Below, piece by piece: positions 8,484-22,666 of a DNA stretch of 64,000 bases. Where the stretch lies: contig CBDCCZ010000049.1 in assembly GCA_965215005.1 (NCBI GenBank), positions 32,001 to 96,000 on the forward strand. Direction: 5' to 3'. Both the position numbers and the translations under genes were made by a program. Every line of letters starts with the position of its first letter. Within the stretch, counting starts at the first letter, position 1. The notes under the pieces were generated by a model. The model ran no database searches, was not told the DNA's origin, and worked only from the letters and a program-made list of their open reading frames with translations. Source of the DNA: Kofleriaceae bacterium (GTDB taxonomy: Bacteria > Myxococcota_A > Polyangia > Haliangiales > Haliangiaceae).

Positions 8484-9750
8484 TTACGCGCGAAGTCGCG
8501 CCGCATAAAACGCATCGGCTTCGTGGCGGTGTGGCCAGAGCCGCAACTCGGCTTCGAGCTCTAGCTGCGGCGCACGCTTGCGCAGCGCCGCAATCTGCTC
8601 GGGACCTTCCTTGGCCGTGAAGGTGCAAACGCTATAGAGGAGCACGCCGCCGGGATGAATGAGACCAGCCGCCACCTCCAAGAGCTGCGCTTGCAGCGCG
8701 GCCATGCGACCAACGTCTTCATAGCTCACGCGCCACTTGGCTTCTGGATGCCGGCGCAACACCCCCAGGCCGGTGCACGGCGCGTCGAGCAGAACCACGT
8801 CGAAGCGACCAAGAGCGGTTGCGGCGGCGGGGTCAGTGAAGTCGACGAGGCGAGGCTCGAGCCCGGTCACGCCCATTCGTGCGGCGGCCGCCTGTAGCCG
8901 CGCGAGCTTGGCGGCGGAAACGTCGGCGCAAACGATGGTTGCCTCGCCAGCGAGAGCGGCGAGATGCAGCGCTTTTCCGCCTACGCCAGCGCAGGCATCG
9001 AGGATGCGCATCCCCGCCGCCGGCGCCGCCAGCTCGGCAATCATCTGCGCACCGACGTCCTGCACCGTCCAGAGCCCTTCGGCAAAGCTCGGCGCCCGAT
9101 CGGGCGAGCCGAGCCCTCGCACCAGCAGCGCCGCCGGCGCGTGCGGCGAAACGTTGATGTCGATGCCCGGATGCTCGCGTTGCAGACGCGCCGCCAGCGC
9201 ATCGCGCTCGATGCGCCGGGTATCGACGCGAATCGCCAGGCGCGGCGTCTGCGCAAACGCCGCCGTAGCGGCAGCCAGCTCCTCATTCGGCAGCGCCTGG
9301 CCAAGCTGTCCAAGAAGCCACGCCGGCATGCTGTGGAGCGCGGCGAGGTGCTTGCGCAGATTGCTGATCGGCGGCAGCGCCGGCTCGCCGGTGGTCGCAA
9401 GCCGACGCAGGAGGCCATTGACGAAGCCCGCCAGCTTCTCACCGCCAAGCTCGCGGGCTGCGGCGGCTGCGTCATCCACCGCGGCGTGGGCCGGCACGCG
9501 GTCCAGAAGCAGCAGCTGATACGCAGCCACCCGCAGCACCGTGAGCACCTTGCGACTGGTGCGGCCGCGCCCCAGCAGCGGCTCGAGCGCGCGGTCGAGC
9601 CGGCTGCGATGGCGCAAGACGCCATAGACCAGCTCGGTGGCGAGCGCGCGGTCGCGGTCGCTGAGCGAGGTCGTGGCGAGCTCCTCATCGAGCACGCTCG
9701 AAGCGAAGGCGCCTTGCGACTCGACGCGCTCGAGAACCCGTCGCGCTAGC

Positions 9751-9764
<14 letters not shown>
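8484..9764 (-). CDS. rsmB: 16S rRNA m5C967 methyltransferase RsmB/Sun
   Basis: NusB-like N-terminus, DACAGVGGK, LDAPCTGLG and YSVCT motifs. Follows fmt; TTG start at about 9764. Confidence 0.92.
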
Positions 9765-10677
<913 letters not shown>

Positions 10678-10793
10678 GAACGAGCCTAACGGGAGGAAAA
10701 GGAGATGACGGAAACGATGAAGCGCAACATGAACGAAGCCATCGGCTGCCGGGGCCGGATACTAACGGGTTTCGATGGGGGTTGAAACCGCAC

Positions 10794-13211
10794 CTAGTCG
10801 CGCAAGTTGCGTCGGTACGCATCGCGCAGCGAGTCGTCGCAGAGTACTTGATAGGATTCCTCGAGGAGCTCTAGGATCTCGGCGAGCGGCTCCGCCAATT
10901 CGCTGCGCACCTCGTCGGGGAACGAGTCGCTAGCGTAGTCGCGTCGTGCGGCTTCGAACGCGCGCTTGATCTCGAAGCTGGTGGCGTCACGACGCACGCC
11001 GAGCAGCGTGAAGTAGTCGGCCTCCGCGACCAGTGCATGCTTGGCCAGCACGCGTTGGCGATCGATGGCGAGATCGCCCTCGCCTACCAACGCGGGCCGA
11101 GGGGGCTCTTGCGCGACCTCGGTATCGTCCCCGCGGCAAACGACCTCGGCCGCGCCGAGCACCAGCAATCCGTACGCGAGCTGATAGACGACGAGAATCT
11201 CAGCGCCGGCGGCGTCCGCGACCGCCTCGAGCGTACGACTGCCATCGATTCGCTCCACCACGCTGCGCTCCGGCGCGGTGAGATCGGCCGCCGCGACGAT
11301 AGTTTTGAGTCGATCGGCTTCGCCGGTAGCAACGGTGGCCGCTCGTCCACCGACGAGCTCGACGAGGGTGGCGAGCTCGTATTTACGACGCACGCCCTCG
11401 AAGAGCATCGCCGCAGGGTGCCGCGACAGCCGGATCTTTTCCGCGGCGGCGGCCTCGCCGAGTGAAATGACATAGGTGCCCTCCGTCCATGCGAACAGCG
11501 AGTAGATGATGTCTTCGATGTGGCGGCGCACCGCCGGCAAGAGCTCGCGGCGCTTGAGGAAGCCCACATCGACCAACACTTCGCCGAGGCGGCGGCCACT
11601 TTCGAGCACGAGGTCGCGACTTTGAGCGTATTGCCGCGCCGTGATCTTGCCTTCGCGAAACAGCAAATCGCCCATGCGATCGTGCGGCAGATTGGACGTC
11701 GCGAACACCGGACGTCCCTGCTCGAAGCAGATGGTCTTTTCCGCGTCGGGACGAGAAAAAGTGATGCGCGCGGTCTGCTGGGCGAGGAACATCTCCGCGA
11801 TCAACGTGGCCGCATCGTGCTCACCCCGCTGCAGCTCACCGCGGCGCAACACTCCAGCGCTGCTTCGACGTTCGTCGACGCCGGTGGTGGCGGCGCCAAC
11901 CGGCTCGGCATAGCGCTCGGGCGGGGGCGCGAGGTCATCGAAGGACGTGAGCTCTTCGTCGGCGTGGGTGCTCGCGTCGGCGAGCGCAGCGAGATCGATA
12001 TCGGTGTGATGATCATGGGCGAGGCCACCGTGCGCCAAGCGTCGTGCGTGGCCCGATTGCCCAGGAAATAGTCGCTCGGCCATCGCCGACATCTTGCGGC
12101 GCAAGGCGCGCGCGAAATCGGCGCCGTCGTCAGGCTCCTCTGCGTCCGCGGCGTAAAGCTCGGCGTCGAGGCCGGGCTCGGATGCGGCGGCAGCAGGCTC
12201 GAGGTCAACGCCCGACGTCGACGCGGTCGGCGCGTCTTTGGGCACGCTGGCTTCGTCGGCCATCGGCGACAGCACGATTGACTCTACCGGCCGCCAAGGT
12301 GGCGTCGCAGCCCGCTCTTGCTGTGGCGGCGCCGGCGCGAGACCGCCACCAGAAAGAATCATCGTCGGCTCTCGCCACGGAGGAACCGCGGCGGGCTCTT
12401 GCCAGGCTGCGTCGGTTTCGTCGGCCTCGGCAGCCAGCGCATCCGCAGATCCATCCGCAGCTCCATCAGCGAAGTCCGCCGCGTCGGTTTCGTCGGCCTC
12501 GGCAGCCAGCGCATCCGCAGACCCATCAGCGAGGTCCGCCGCGACGACCTCATCTGGCTCATCGGGGCTCGCTGTCTCGACGCGCTCGAGGTCCTGGAGC
12601 GCAGTCGGCAACGGCGAGGCCGGCGCCAACGATTGCGTGTCTAGCAAGCCGCCGCCCGGCTCTTGCGCGTCGCGTTGCGGGACGAGTGCGTGCGAGCGCC
12701 GCTGCTCTAGACTTCGCTTTGACGTCTCCCCCAGCGATGGCTGCGATCCGAGCGCGGTCATCGCGTCGCGCACAAACTCCGCCAGCGCCTCGTCCATCGC
12801 ATCATCCACCGTGCGCGCGCGGCGCGGCCGGCTCGTCGCCTCGAGCGACAGGCGCACCGCGAATGCCAGCGCTTTGGCAGACAGCGGCCGTCCCACGAAG
12901 CGATTGGCCTCGAAGTCGGTGGCATCGAGCGCGTTGCGCACCGGACCGTGCTCTTCGCCAATGAGCACCAGCTGCACCGCCGGGCGCTGCGCACGCATGG
13001 TCAGGCACAGGGACCGCGCATCCCCGTGATCGAGATTGGCGCAAACCACCACCACCGCCGGCTCGAGCGCGGCAAACGAGGTTAACGTTGCGTCGCTACC
13101 ATCCCCGACGTGCAGCTCGCAGGGCAAACGCTCGGCGAGCACCGCGCGGATCTGAGCTGCATCGTCGGGATTGCCGACAACCAGCACCGCTACCTGCGCG
13201 CCACCCGTCAT
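10794..13211 (-). CDS. Pseudo-receiver + acidic linker + DUF4388-like + J-domain-like protein
   Basis: N-terminal receiver-like fold lacking Asp and Lys. EKTICFEQGRPVFATSN...RMGDLL (DUF4388-type). C-terminal DYFTLLGV...EIKRAF...SYQVL...RDAY J-like domain. Confidence 0.7.
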   Translation of the reverse strand: MTGGAQVAVLVVGNPDDAAQIRAVLAERLPCELHVGDGSDATLTSFAALEPAVVVVCANLDHGDARSLCLTMRAQRPAVQLVLIGEEHGPVRNALDATDFEANRFVGRPLSAKALAFAVRLSLEATSRPRRARTVDDAMDEALAEFVRDAMTALGSQPSLGETSKRSLEQRRSHALVPQRDAQEPGGGLLDTQSLAPASPLPTALQDLERVETASPDEPDEVVAADLADGSADALAAEADETDAADFADGAADGSADALAAEADETDAAWQEPAAVPPWREPTMILSGGGLAPAPPQQERAATPPWRPVESIVLSPMADEASVPKDAPTASTSGVDLEPAAAASEPGLDAELYAADAEEPDDGADFARALRRKMSAMAERLFPGQSGHARRLAHGGLAHDHHTDIDLAALADASTHADEELTSFDDLAPPPERYAEPVGAATTGVDERRSSAGVLRRGELQRGEHDAATLIAEMFLAQQTARITFSRPDAEKTICFEQGRPVFATSNLPHDRMGDLLFREGKITARQYAQSRDLVLESGRRLGEVLVDVGFLKRRELLPAVRRHIEDIIYSLFAWTEGTYVISLGEAAAAEKIRLSRHPAAMLFEGVRRKYELATLVELVGGRAATVATGEADRLKTIVAAADLTAPERSVVERIDGSRTLEAVADAAGAEILVVYQLAYGLLVLGAAEVVCRGDDTEVAQEPPRPALVGEGDLAIDRQRVLAKHALVAEADYFTLLGVRRDATSFEIKRAFEAARRDYASDSFPDEVRSELAEPLAEILELLEESYQVLCDDSLRDAYRRNLRD
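12409..12543. repeat. Intragenic tandem duplication, 72-bp period (41 bp identical core)
   Basis: gcgtcggtttcgtcggcctcggcagccagcgcatccgcaga occurs at 12409 and 12481; encodes SADALAAEADETDA twice. Confidence 0.85.
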
Positions 13212-13226
13212 CCACGCACACCTTTA

Positions 13227-15667
<2,441 letters not shown>

Positions 15668-15671
<4 letters not shown>

Positions 15672-16699
15672 GCGCCGGAGCGCGGAATGCCTGCCACCAC
15701 CAGCGCGTAGTAGTCTTGCGGCGCTGCGTACCAGCCGCGCAGCTCGAGCCCCGCCGCGGCAATCATCTGCGTCACCGAGTCACGCGTGAACTTGCGGCTG
15801 ATCTCGGTCCGCATCTCTTCGCCGGCGGCAAACACCACCTCGCGCCCCAGCGTCTCGATTCTCACCCGCTGCGCACGAAGCGCCCGCAGGTACATCTCGA
15901 TCTGCGACAGCTCGGGCCGAAACCGCGCTACGTGCTCAAAGCCGTCGACGTCGAAGTTGGCGCCGAGCTCGCGATTCATGACCAAGAGGACGTTCTTGTT
16001 GAACTCGGCGGTGATCCCGGCTGCATCATTGTAAGCAGCGTGCAGCACCGCGGGTTCTTTGACCAAATCGAGTCCCAGCAGCAACCGATCTCCCGCGGTC
16101 ATTCCCTCGCCCAGTCGACGCAAGAAGTCGATGGCGGCCGGCGGATCGAAGTTGCCCAAGGTGCCGCCGAGGAACGCGATGAGCCGACGGGGCCCCTCTG
16201 GCAACAAATGCAAATGGTGATCGTAGTCGGCGACAACGCCGTGCACTCGCAGCATTGGGTAGTCGTCGAGCAACGCCCTGCCGCTCTCGACCAAGATCTC
16301 CTCGCTGATGTCGACCGGGACATAGCGCGGATCGGCTTCGACCTCCGTGAGCGCATCGAGAATGACGCGAGTCTTGCGCGCGGCACCACTGCCGAGCTCG
16401 ATGAGCCCAGTCGGACGATGCTCGGCGACAATCGCCGGCGCATGCGCTTCGAGCAGCGCCTGCTCGGTGCGCGTCGGGTAGTACTCCTCGGTGTCGCAGA
16501 TGGCATCAAAGAGCTGCGAGCCGCGCTCGTCGTAGAAATACTTCGGCAGCAGCGTCTTTGGCACCGCGCTCAGCCCTGCGCGCACGTCCTGGGCAAGACT
16601 GCTCTGCTCCTGCCCGGTGAGGAGTCGCGTGAGCCAAAATCGGCGACCGGAGGTAGCCACGGGGGTGCGCTCGAGTCGGGGCAACGGAATCGGGGTCAT
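15668..16699 (-). CDS. egtD: L-histidine N-alpha-methyltransferase
   Basis: PKYFYDERGSQLFDAIC..EEYYPTRTE, ELGSG, AAYNDAAGITAEFN and TEISRKF motifs. Confidence 0.9.
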
Positions 16700-16720
16700 A
16701 CAAATCTCCGATCGACCGGT

Positions 16721-17602
16721 TCAGTGCTGTTGCGAGAGGAACTCGCGCAGCACCCCGAGAAGGGGCTCGCGCAGCTCCTGCCGTTTGAGCGCGTAAGCGA
16801 TATTGGCGCGCAGATAGCCGAGCTTGTCGCCGGCATCGTGGCGCACGCCCTCGACCCGCACCGCGTAGAGACCGGGCCCCTCGGCGAGCGCGCGCAGCGC
16901 GTCCGTGAGCTGGATCTCCCCGCCGTGCCCGGGGCGCGTCTTCTCAAGCAGTGGCCAAATGGCCGGAGGCAACACGTACCGGCCCACCACCGCGAGCCGG
17001 CTTGGCGCCGTCCCCGGCTTGGGCTTTTCTACCAGGCTCTCGATTCGAAGATGACCGGTCGAGTCCGGCTGCGCGACCGCGATGCCGTACATGTGCTCCT
17101 TGCCCGCCTCCACCTCCATCACCGCAACCGCTCCAGCGCCGGTCTCTTCGTACACATCGATGAGCTGGGCGATGCCTGGATGCGCATCGTTGTCGATGAG
17201 GTCGTCGCCAAGCAGCACCGCAAACGGCTCCTCGCCCACCACGTCACGTGCGCAGAGCACCGCATGGCCCAGTCCCAACGGCTGCTTTTGCCGGACCGAG
17301 ATCAGCCGGACCAGCTGCGAGATGCTCCGCATCGCCTCCGCCAGCTCATCCTTGCCCCGCTCGGCCAGCGTGTGCTCGAGCTCGTACGCATGATCGAAAT
17401 GATCTTCGATGGCGCTCTTGCCGCGGCCATTGATGACCACCAGGTCGGTGATCCCCGCCGCCGCCGCCTCCTCGACCACTAACTGAATCGTCGGCTTATC
17501 GACGATTGGCAGCATCTCCTTGGGAATCGACTTGGTCGCCGGCAAAAACCGCGTGCCCAGCCCTGCTGCCGGAATCACCGCCTTCCGAACCTTGCCTCGC
17601 AT
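16721..17602 (-). CDS. galU: UTP--glucose-1-phosphate uridylyltransferase
   Basis: KAVIPAAGLGTRFLPATKSIPKEMLP, LGLGHAV and GEIQLTD motifs; start MRGKV at 17602. Confidence 0.96.
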   Translation of the reverse strand: MRGKVRKAVIPAAGLGTRFLPATKSIPKEMLPIVDKPTIQLVVEEAAAAGITDLVVINGRGKSAIEDHFDHAYELEHTLAERGKDELAEAMRSISQLVRLISVRQKQPLGLGHAVLCARDVVGEEPFAVLLGDDLIDNDAHPGIAQLIDVYEETGAGAVAVMEVEAGKEHMYGIAVAQPDSTGHLRIESLVEKPKPGTAPSRLAVVGRYVLPPAIWPLLEKTRPGHGGEIQLTDALRALAEGPGLYAVRVEGVRHDAGDKLGYLRANIAYALKRQELREPLLGVLREFLSQQH

Positions 17603-17662
17603 GCAGGGCAATGTAGCACCAGCGGTAGCCCGTCGCAGGAAAGCTGAACACAACAGCGACCA

Positions 17663-17740
17663 CCATGGCCTAGCGCCGCAGCTTCTCGCGCGACCCTGGA
17701 CGGGCGCGCGACTGCCATGACCTAGCGCCGCAGCTCTCGC
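17663..17740. repeat. Intergenic direct repeat (about 26 bp, 52-bp spacing) upstream of galU
   Basis: ccatggcctagcgccgcagcttctcgc at 17663 and ccatgacctagcgccgcagc-tctcgc at 17715. Confidence 0.7.
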
Positions 17741-17793
17741 CCGCCCGCGACTGGGGCGAGCGAGAATCGCGTCGCGACGCCAGCGCCGTGGCT

Positions 17794-19305
17794 CTAGTTA
17801 CAGGTGCCGGGCTGGACGTCGCCGGCGCGCGGTAGCAGTACTTGCTGGGAAACGTTGCCGACGCGCCGCCAGTGCATTTGGCCGGTGATGGTGATGCAGT
17901 CGCCGATGCTCGGCTCGTGGGCATCGATGATGTTGCCAACGGTGAGCTCAGCAGTCCCATCGGCGATCGTGAACTCACCGGCCACCAGCGGCTCGCTGAG
18001 CGCCGATACCTCGACGTTCTCGACCCGCACCAGGACGCCCTCATAAGATTCACCGTCAGTGCCCTTCAAGGCGGCCAGCTCGACGGCGAGGGCCGTGGGA
18101 GTCATTGCGGGGGCGGCGGACAGCGTCACCATCGGGTCGACAATCTCCGTTAGCTCGCCGCGGTACTCGGTGATGCGACCGGTGACATCGACCTTGGCTC
18201 CCACCACGATCTCCGCAGCCAGGGGCTCGGCTTGGCGGCGATACACGTAGACGCCTTCGTAGGGCGCGGCCTGGGCGTTGTCGGCCACCCAAAGATGCGT
18301 CCGATCCGCGTCGTCCTGATGCAGCGCCGTGACCACCAGCCCCGTTAGCGTCACCGCACTGTTGGGTTCGATGGTGCCGCGCTGAATGTCAGCCACGGTC
18401 GTGGCCATGACGCACGCTTCGACGGTGTCTTGGCAGGAGAAGTCGGCGCAGTCGGCGAAACCGTCGGCATCGTTATCTTCGCCATCGGTGCACGCGGCTT
18501 CGCCTTCCTCTTCGGCCAGGCAGTCGCTGCCGGCCACAAGGTCGGCCGGCGAACGCGGCAACAGCTTGTAGTTGAAGAAGTAGTCGCCAATGCCGGTGAT
18601 GGACTCATAACAGTCGCCTTGCGCAATATCGTCGGACAGCTCCGTGAGCGCCGAGCCAATCCCGAAGGGACCCGACACGCGCATTTCCTTCAGCGTTGCG
18701 TCGCTGTCGCTCACCCCATTCGGAGCCGCGAGAACTGCGACCTTCTCGAACTTCACCAGCACGCCTTCCCACTTCTCCGCCTCTGCATCGTCGGCCGCCA
18801 ATGCCTGTGGGTCCACCACCGCAGGCTCCGGCACCGCGGCCGTGCCCACCTTGGTAATCGTCAAGCTGCCGCCCTGCGGGGCCGTCACCTCAGTGAGGGT
18901 GCGACCCGTCATGTCGCTATCCAAGGCGAATTCGTCCTTGACCCCGCCGGTGATGTCGATGAGATCGCCGGGAGCAACACGGGCCGCGTCGGTGCCACGC
19001 ACAAACACGAAGACGCCCGAGTAGGGACCGCCTTCGGGCTCCATTACGTACAGGCCACCAGTGCGCGCGCCGTAGGTGTCGACGGCCACGACCACCACGC
19101 CTCGCAGAGTGACCGCCGCGCCGTCTGCGAGCGCATCGTCCTGCAGGTCGTAGATGCTGGTATCGGCGCCGGGATCGCCCGGATCCGAGCCCGGACCGCC
19201 ATCGGTCCCGGAGTTGGGCTCATTATCGTCATCGCTGCGGCAGCCAAGGGGCATCAGGAAGCCCGCGGCGAGCGCGAGCGGCAATAACATACGTGCGATC
19301 ATCAT
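17794..19305 (-). CDS. Lipoprotein with duplicated OB-fold-like modules (ExeM/YhcR nuclease accessory type) and Cys-rich linker
   Basis: Lipobox MPLG|C. Two modules (VTLxGxVV..., GPYSGVFV / APYEGVYV, EKWEGVLVKF / ESYEGVLVRV) separated by CTDGEDNDADGFADCADFSC. Confidence 0.65.
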   Translation of the reverse strand: MMIARMLLPLALAAGFLMPLGCRSDDDNEPNSGTDGGPGSDPGDPGADTSIYDLQDDALADGAAVTLRGVVVVAVDTYGARTGGLYVMEPEGGPYSGVFVFVRGTDAARVAPGDLIDITGGVKDEFALDSDMTGRTLTEVTAPQGGSLTITKVGTAAVPEPAVVDPQALAADDAEAEKWEGVLVKFEKVAVLAAPNGVSDSDATLKEMRVSGPFGIGSALTELSDDIAQGDCYESITGIGDYFFNYKLLPRSPADLVAGSDCLAEEEGEAACTDGEDNDADGFADCADFSCQDTVEACVMATTVADIQRGTIEPNSAVTLTGLVVTALHQDDADRTHLWVADNAQAAPYEGVYVYRRQAEPLAAEIVVGAKVDVTGRITEYRGELTEIVDPMVTLSAAPAMTPTALAVELAALKGTDGESYEGVLVRVENVEVSALSEPLVAGEFTIADGTAELTVGNIIDAHEPSIGDCITITGQMHWRRVGNVSQQVLLPRAGDVQPGTCN

Positions 19306-19351
19306 CGTCGTCTCACATCCTGCGGTAAGTCGTGGGCGCACGTTCTACGAC

Positions 19352-19381
19352 AAAAGAAAACGCCCGCCATGAGGCGGGCGT
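19352..19381 (-). terminator. Rho-independent terminator after rplQ
   Basis: ACGCCCGCC-TCAT-GGCGGGCGT followed by TTTCTTTT on the minus strand. Confidence 0.85.
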
Positions 19382-19424
19382 CACATCGTGCGCAACAATT
19401 TGGCGACGCGAGTGCGTCGAAACT

Positions 19425-19844
19425 CTACGCGGCCTCGCCGCCGACGATCTCGATGAATGCCATCGGCGCTGCATCGCCTCGCCGGATGCGGGTCTTGAGA
19501 ACCCGCGTATATCCGCCCGGTCGGCCCGCCAGCTGCGGCCCCACCTCAGTAAACAAGCGACGGAGCGCATCTTGATCTTTGAGGACTCGCTGCGCCATAC
19601 GCCGATGGTGGACCAGCTTGACCCGCTCCTCCTTATCGAGAGCGGTGGTTTCCTTAGCAGTGAGGTCCGCAACTTTGACCGCCCAGTTGATGGTGCGATC
19701 GGCAACGCTCCGCAGCTCTTTGGCCTTGGCCTCTGTGGTCTCGATACGACCGTGCGTGATGAGCGCCGCGGTGAGGTTCGAGAACAGCGCCTTGCGGTGC
19801 GATGAATTGCGGCCGAGTTTTCGTCCAGTCTTGCGATGGCGCAT
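19425..19844 (-). CDS. rplQ: 50S ribosomal protein L17
   Basis: MRHRKTGRKLGRNSSHRKA, RPGGYTR. Confidence 0.97.
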   Translation of the reverse strand: MRHRKTGRKLGRNSSHRKALFSNLTAALITHGRIETTEAKAKELRSVADRTINWAVKVADLTAKETTALDKEERVKLVHHRRMAQRVLKDQDALRRLFTEVGPQLAGRPGGYTRVLKTRIRRGDAAPMAFIEIVGGEAA

Positions 19845-19901
19845 AGCTCTTCCTTGACTACCTTGTTCCTTGGCAACGCCGCAATCGCGGCGAGGTCTCA
19901 G

Positions 19902-20954
19902 CTACTTCTTCAGCGGCATCGGCCCCGGCCAGTTATCTAGCTTCATGCCGAGCGAGAGACCCATCTCGGCGAGAATCTCTTTGATCTCTTTGAGCGATTT
20001 ACGCCCAAAGTTCTTCGTCTTCAGCATCTCGGACTCGGACTTCTGCACCAGCTCACCGATATACTTGATATTGGCGTTCTGAAGGCAGTTGGCCGACCGA
20101 ACCGAGAGCTCGAGCTCGTCAACGGTGCGCCAGAGATTCTCGTTGAGCTTCTCTTGCTCCTCATCGACCGGCGCCTCGACCGGCTCCGCCATCTCCTCAA
20201 AGTTGATGAAGATGTTGAGCTGCTCCTTGAGAATCTTGGCAGCGAAGGCCACCGCATCATCAGGAGACACCGCGCCGTTGGTCCAGATTTCCAACGTGAG
20301 CTTGTCGTAGTCGGTCTGCTGACCGACGCGAGCGTTGGTGACCGTAAAGTTCACCTTCTTGATAGGCGAGAACAGCGCATCGATTGGCACCGTCCCGACC
20401 GGCGCGCCGATATCTGGGTGGCGTTCCGCGGGCACGTAGCCGCGCCCGGTGCTGATCGTTAGGTCACAGGAAATCTTGCCATCTTTGGACAAGGTCGCGA
20501 TGACGTGCTTCGAGTTAAGGACGTGAACGCCGGTGCTGGCGGCGATGTCGCTCGCTCGGACCGGTCCGTCGCCCTCTTTCTCGAGACGCACGTGATAGGT
20601 CTTGTCGTCATCGACCCGAAACAGCGTCTCTTTGAGATTGAGGATGACGTCGGTGACATCCTCGACCACCCCCGGTAGCGAGGTGAACTCGTGCAGCGCC
20701 TCGTCGAATTTGACGTGGGTGATGGCCGCGCCCTGCAGCGAGGACAACAGGACACGACGGAGCGAATTGCCAAGCGTCGTCCCGAAGCCGCGCTCGAGGG
20801 GCTCACAGCTGAACTTCCCGTAGGTGGCGGTCCGTTCCTCCGTCTCGAGCGTGCGCGGACGGATAAGATCGCGCCAGTTCTTAGCCATGAGCGGCGTCTG
20901 TTCCTGGACAGATCCCTTGCGCTCAAGAGCTTCGGTTTGGAAATGTTCCTCCAA
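19902..20954 (-). CDS. rpoA: RNA polymerase alpha subunit (start TTG 20954 or ATG 20888)
   Basis: [41 protein letters not shown]. Confidence 0.97.
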   Translation of the reverse strand: MEEHFQTEALERKGSVQEQTPLMAKNWRDLIRPRTLETEERTATYGKFSCEPLERGFGTTLGNSLRRVLLSSLQGAAITHVKFDEALHEFTSLPGVVEDVTDVILNLKETLFRVDDDKTYHVRLEKEGDGPVRASDIAASTGVHVLNSKHVIATLSKDGKISCDLTISTGRGYVPAERHPDIGAPVGTVPIDALFSPIKKVNFTVTNARVGQQTDYDKLTLEIWTNGAVSPDDAVAFAAKILKEQLNIFINFEEMAEPVEAPVDEEQEKLNENLWRTVDELELSVRSANCLQNANIKYIGELVQKSESEMLKTKNFGRKSLKEIKEILAEMGLSLGMKLDNWPGPMPLKK

Positions 20955-21044
20955 GACGATCCCTCTTTCGGTGTTCTGGCCTTGAGGCCCTGCTCCCCGT
21001 AAACCCGCGCGCGTATGCCCGCGGGCAAGGGTGAGCCGTAGACA

Positions 21045-21674
21045 CTACTTCGAGTAGAGCTCGACGATGAGCTGCTCGCGGATCGGGAGCGTTACATCCT
21101 CGCGCGTCGGCAGCTGTTTGACGGTGCCTTTGAAGGCATCCTTGGCGACGTCGATCCAGCTGGGGAAGCCACGGCGATCCACCGCCGCGAGAGCCTCGCT
21201 GATCCGAGTGATCTTCTGCGAGCGCTCACGCACCTCCACCACGTCGCCGGAGCGAACCAGATAGGAGGGAATGTTCACTCGCTTGCCGTTGACGGTGAAG
21301 TGCCCGTGGCGAACCAGCTGCCGACCTTCGGCATGATCGCTCACGAAGCCCATCCGGTAGACGACGTTGTCGAGACGGCGCTCGAGGAGCTGAATGAGAT
21401 TCTCACCGGTGACGCCCTTCATCCGCGTCGCCTTGTGATAGTAGCCGCGGAACTGTCGCTCCGCGATTCCGTAGATTCGCTTGACCTTTTGCTTTTCCCG
21501 CAGCTGCTCGCCGTAGTCCGAGCGCTTGCGTCGCCGCGCCTGGCCGTGTTGACCGGGCGGATAGGACCGGCGCTCGTAGCCGCACTTGTCCGTGTAGCAG
21601 CGCTCGCCCTTGAGGAACAGCTTCATGTCTTCGCGTCGGCAAAGCCGACAAACCGGACCGGTATACCTGGCCAT
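21045..21674 (-). CDS. rpsD: 30S ribosomal protein S4 (Zn-binding type)
   Basis: [33 protein letters not shown]. Confidence 0.98.
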   Translation of the reverse strand: MARYTGPVCRLCRREDMKLFLKGERCYTDKCGYERRSYPPGQHGQARRRKRSDYGEQLREKQKVKRIYGIAERQFRGYYHKATRMKGVTGENLIQLLERRLDNVVYRMGFVSDHAEGRQLVRHGHFTVNGKRVNIPSYLVRSGDVVEVRERSQKITRISEALAAVDRRGFPSWIDVAKDAFKGTVKQLPTREDVTLPIREQLIVELYSK

Positions 21675-21723
21675 CTCTATTCTCCTCCTCGATCCGCGAT
21701 CGGAACGCGATCAGCCGCCACGC

Positions 21724-22113
21724 TCACACGCGCCTTCGCTTGCGCGGGCGGCAGCCATTGTGCGGAATGGGAGTCACATCGCGAATTAGACTGATCTTAA
21801 AACCCGCAGAATTGAGTGCGCGAAGCGCAGACTCACGACCCGCGCCGGGGCCTTTCACAAACACGGAGATATTGCGCATCCCGTGGTCCATTGCCTTTTT
21901 GCCAGCGTCTTCTGCGGCGAGCTGGGCGGCAAATGGAGTCGACTTACGAGAGCCCTTGAAGCCGCAAGTACCCGCCGAAGACCAGGAGATGATATTTCCC
22001 GAGACGTCGGTGATGCTGACGATGGTGTTGTTGAAGGTCGCCGAGATATGAGCAATCCCGGTTTGAACGTTCTTGCGAACCTTCTTCTTACCCTGACGCT
22101 TTGGTTGTGCCAT
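21724..22113 (-). CDS. rpsK: 30S ribosomal protein S11
   Basis: [24 protein letters not shown]. Confidence 0.98.
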   Translation of the reverse strand: MAQPKRQGKKKVRKNVQTGIAHISATFNNTIVSITDVSGNIISWSSAGTCGFKGSRKSTPFAAQLAAEDAGKKAMDHGMRNISVFVKGPGAGRESALRALNSAGFKISLIRDVTPIPHNGCRPRKRRRV

Positions 22114-22134
22114 GGTTGGTCCTCGAGCCTGCGG

Positions 22135-22515
22135 CTATTTCTTACCCGCGCCCTGCTTCTTGACCGCCATGCGGCGCGGTCCTTTGCGGGTACGGGCGTT
22201 GGTCTTGGTACGCTGGCCGCGAACGGGCAGGCCTTTGCGGTGGCGCAACCCTCGGAAACAACCGAGGTCCATCAAGCGCTTGATGTTCATATTGACCTCG
22301 CGACGGAGATCGCCCTCAACCTTGAGGTCGGCCTCGATGGCATCGCGGATCTTGCGGACGTCGTTCTCGTCCAGCTCGTCGGTGCGCTTTTCACCGGCTA
22401 CGCTCGACTTCTCGAGGATATCCACGGCGGTCTTGCGACCGATCCCGTAAATGTAGGTAAGGGCAATGTCGATCCGTTTGTTGCGGGGAAGGTCGACTCC
22501 GGCAATGCGCGCCAT
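22135..22515 (-). CDS. rpsM: 30S ribosomal protein S13
   Basis: [28 protein letters not shown]. Confidence 0.98.
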   Translation of the reverse strand: MARIAGVDLPRNKRIDIALTYIYGIGRKTAVDILEKSSVAGEKRTDELDENDVRKIRDAIEADLKVEGDLRREVNMNIKRLMDLGCFRGLRHRKGLPVRGQRTKTNARTRKGPRRMAVKKQGAGKK

Positions 22516-22529
22516 TTCTCGCTACTCCT

Positions 22530-22643
22530 TCAGCCCTGCCGCTGCTTGTGGCGCGGGTTGTCGCAGATTACTCGCACGACCCCTTTGCGCTTGATGACTT
22601 TGCACTTGGGGCAAATTGGTTTTACTGACGCTCGAACTTTCAT
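22530..22643 (-). CDS. rpmJ: 50S ribosomal protein L36 (Zn-ribbon)
   Basis: Hand translation: [37 protein letters not shown]. Confidence 0.96.
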   Translation of the reverse strand: MKVRASVKPICPKCKVIKRKGVVRVICDNPRHKQRQG

Positions 22644-22666
22644 GACCAAACCCTCGCCAAATCGTA

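Noticed and set aside
12409..12543. Repeat as possible CRISPR array
   Set aside because: Only two copies, in frame inside a CDS, no cas genes; it is a coding linker duplication.
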